This document shows positions 61,601 through 64,000 of a stretch of 64,000 nucleotides of DNA, one piece after another. How positions within the stretch are numbered: the stretch's first letter is position 1; the number at the start of each line of letters is the position of its first letter. This stretch comes from Cycas panzhihuaensis. Taxonomy: Eukaryota > Plantae > Cycadophyta. Location of the stretch: NCBI GenBank assembly GCA_023213395.1, contig CM041465.1, positions 174,599,741 through 174,663,740 of the forward strand, given 5' to 3'. Made by a program: the position numbers and the translations under genes. The notes beneath the pieces are model-generated. The model ran no database searches, was not told the origin of the DNA, and saw only the letters and a program-made list of their open reading frames with translations.

Positions 61601-64000
61601 ATAGCCAAGAGAGAATAATGTAGACTGACCCATTTACTTTGCAAGTCGAAAGTTAACCAGAGCAAAACAAAATTATACGACTATGGAAAGAGAAGGGTTA
61701 GGAATGGTTTATGCCTTACAAAAATTTCAGTACTATCTCTTGTCCAATCCCTTCATATTTTATGTGGATCATTAGGCATTGATGTACTTGGTCAATAAAC
61801 CACTATTAAAAGGTCGTATTAGTCGATGGCTAATGTTATTCCAAAAGTTTACATTTCGAATTATGGTAAAACCTAGGAAAGCCCACATTATCCCAGATCA
61901 ACTTTCTCGAATTCATAATGGAGAAAACGTTGTAGGGGTACCTGATGACTTTCTTGACACAACACTCTTCAATATTGAGGCAGTCCCTGTCAAATGGTCC
62001 TAAGACATCATGGAGTTCCTAATCACAGGACAATGTCCTCAAAACTTGGACAAAATACAGAAAAGGAACTTGATAAGAAAAGCAGAACCTTGCCAATTGA
62101 TCGGAGGAGAATTATATAGACTTGGACTTGACGACGTTTTACGACATTGTATTCAACCGCATGAGGTAGAACAAATAATATCCCAAGCTCATGAAGGCAT
62201 ATTAGGAGGACATATAGGAATAAAAAACACTCAAAGGAAAATACTGACAACCGGATTTTGGTGGCCAACCCTATTTGAGGATGTGAAGGACTAGGTAAAG
62301 AAGTGTGATTATTGTCAAAGGGTCGAGAAGCCAAAACCTAAAGACTTCAACCCTTTAAACCCGATCCTTCCCCTAGCACCATTTGAAAAGTGGGGTTTAG
62401 ATTTTATCGCACCAATAAAATTGATAGCACAGAAAATGCAAGCCGGATATATTCTAGTTGCCATAGATTATGCAACCAAGTGGGTAGAAGCTAGACCATT
62501 ACGCAAAGTTGATGCAACAAGTACTGCTTGATTCCTATATGAAGTTATTATAACAAAGTTTGGATGTCCTACTAAATTAATTAGTGACCAAGGGGCCTAC
62601 TTCCTAAACGAAGTAGTTAGGGAACTAACATAAACTTTTCTTATTTCCCATCATAAATCTACACCTTACTATCCTCGGGCAAATGGACAAGTAGAAAGTT
62701 CCAATAAAATTCTAGAAAACAATTTTCGAAAAAAATATGACGTCAAAAAATCTGACTCGGTAGAAAAGCTACCCTCAGTACTATTGGGCATTCTGCATAA
62801 CTTACAAACAGGCAACAAGGCAGACAACATTCAAACTAGTCTATGGGATCAAAGCCATATTACCTATTGAATTTCAAATTCCAACCTTGAGAATAGCATT
62901 TGCATGCTGATTAGATGATACAGAGTCCTTAAGAGAATGTTTATGGTAATTAATCTAGCTCGACGAAAACCAACACAAAGTAGAATGGTTATACGAGGTA
63001 GAAAAAACAAGACAAAAGGCATGGCACGACTGCCATCTGAGAGCACCACAATTCAGAGAAGGAGATCATGTTTTATTATACAACATTAAATTCTGCACTC
63101 ATCCAGGGAAGTTAAAACTCCGATGGTTAGGACCATATTGAGTTGAACATATCTATGCTAATGGATCTGTGCAATTACAAGAGATAAATGTATATACACT
63201 ACCCACTCTAGTCAATGGCAGCAGATTGAAGCTCTACCGCCATTAGAGCATTATTCCAGTAGGAATTAACTAGATGTATATTATGAGTTGATTGTAGTTG
63301 TAGACAACAAAAGTTGTCTTAGTACTAGATCCAAGATTCTACATTGGTGCATAACAGTAAAAAATTATTGCAAAAAAAAGAAAAAAAATGGAAAACATTA
63401 ATCTTAGCTTGCAAAATCATACACTTAAGTAGAATAATGAACAAAAACAAAATACAAATCAGGCATTCGTTCTATTAAAATTACACTATATGTTTCAAAT
63501 CTGGAATGGGAATAGAACAGATCAGTTAAAAAGAACTCAACAGACCAAGATACATTCTCAAATTGGAACAGGAATAGAACCGTCAGCTCAAAAGGGCCCA
63601 ACAAATCAAGGATACATTCCAAATATGAAATAAAATGGAACATGTTAGTTAAAAGGAAACAAACAGACTAAAGTACAAGATACGTTCCAAAAAGGGGATG
63701 CAAACGGAGCGTACCTAAAAGAAAAGGGTAAAACAGCCAAAATTCTGCGACCATTCCACTAGAAGAACACATGCGAATGGACAGTGATCACGATCCTGAC
63801 TTAGTACAGTATCAGCAAGTGACAAAGTGCCACAGAAAGGAAGGTAGCAAGCAAGCATTCCATCCTCCATCTAAGACAACAAATGCACGGTTGTGCTATA
63901 CATCCAAAACAAATAGCGAATGTACTAGGGTTGTAAGTCTTCTTGTATTTATTTTCAGTATTAAACTTTCAATTACCTATGTTCCCTCCCTTTTCAGCCA
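55604..64000 (+). mobile_element. M: non-chromovirus Ty3/Gypsy element (Athila/Tat/Phygy-like branch) inserted into the gag of K; runs off the window
   Basis: LTR at ~55604-56341 (TGTTA...TCAACA) and PBS TAGTTCCGTTGCC at 56343-56355. It carries gag from 56476, four knuckles, PR (IIDGRATVN), RT (FAWSYKDLKG), RH (HVDASQFAIG) and INT ending NGSRLKLY at 63246. A non-coding 3' region follows. Confidence 0.88.
56476..63246 (+). pseudogene. gag-pol of M with extra capsid-like repeats between PR and RT
   Basis: ORF fragments at 57309-57668, 57884-58138, 58913-59689, 59728-59937, 60579-61411 and 61779-62294. Confidence 0.9.

Noticed and set aside
63247-64000. env-like ORF downstream of the integrase of M
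   Set aside because: The sequence is A-rich with no plus-strand ORF in the window. Sequence beyond the window cannot be judged.

Overview
This is a gene-free, AT-rich, CpG-depleted stretch of plant nuclear DNA made almost entirely of nested LTR retrotransposons. It is probably from a large-genome non-flowering plant such as a gymnosperm (inference from element types and decay). No host protein gene, rRNA, tRNA gene or CRISPR array is supported, and all retroelement reading frames are broken. About 17 insertions can be delimited from LTR termini, PBS, PPT and 5-bp TSDs; letters are my labels. R1 is the 3' end of a CRM-like Gypsy (1-~1758). A (gag-PR-only CRM derivative, 3091-13165) contains chromovirus B (5087-11618), which contains LTR-like fragment S and TRIM unit T. 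C is a mini gag-only element (14119-15747). E, F, G and H form a nested chain (16104-28458) that is cut by a deletion at 28458/28459. K (non-chromovirus Gypsy, minus strand) was hit by D (containing Copia I), J, N (containing the Copia-derived LARD-like element P) and M. The most interesting observations are: (1) a ~350-400-nt structured non-coding leader domain shared by Copia I and element F, whose LTRs are unrelated; (2) a 240-bp TRIM unit with a 61-bp LTR spliced into the PBS of B; (3) two extra tandem capsid-like repeats between protease and RT in M; (4) a ~117-nt quasi-palindromic module recurring in Gypsy and Copia leaders; (5) many non-autonomous gag-only or LARD-like elements. Coordinates were counted by eye and may be off by a few bases.
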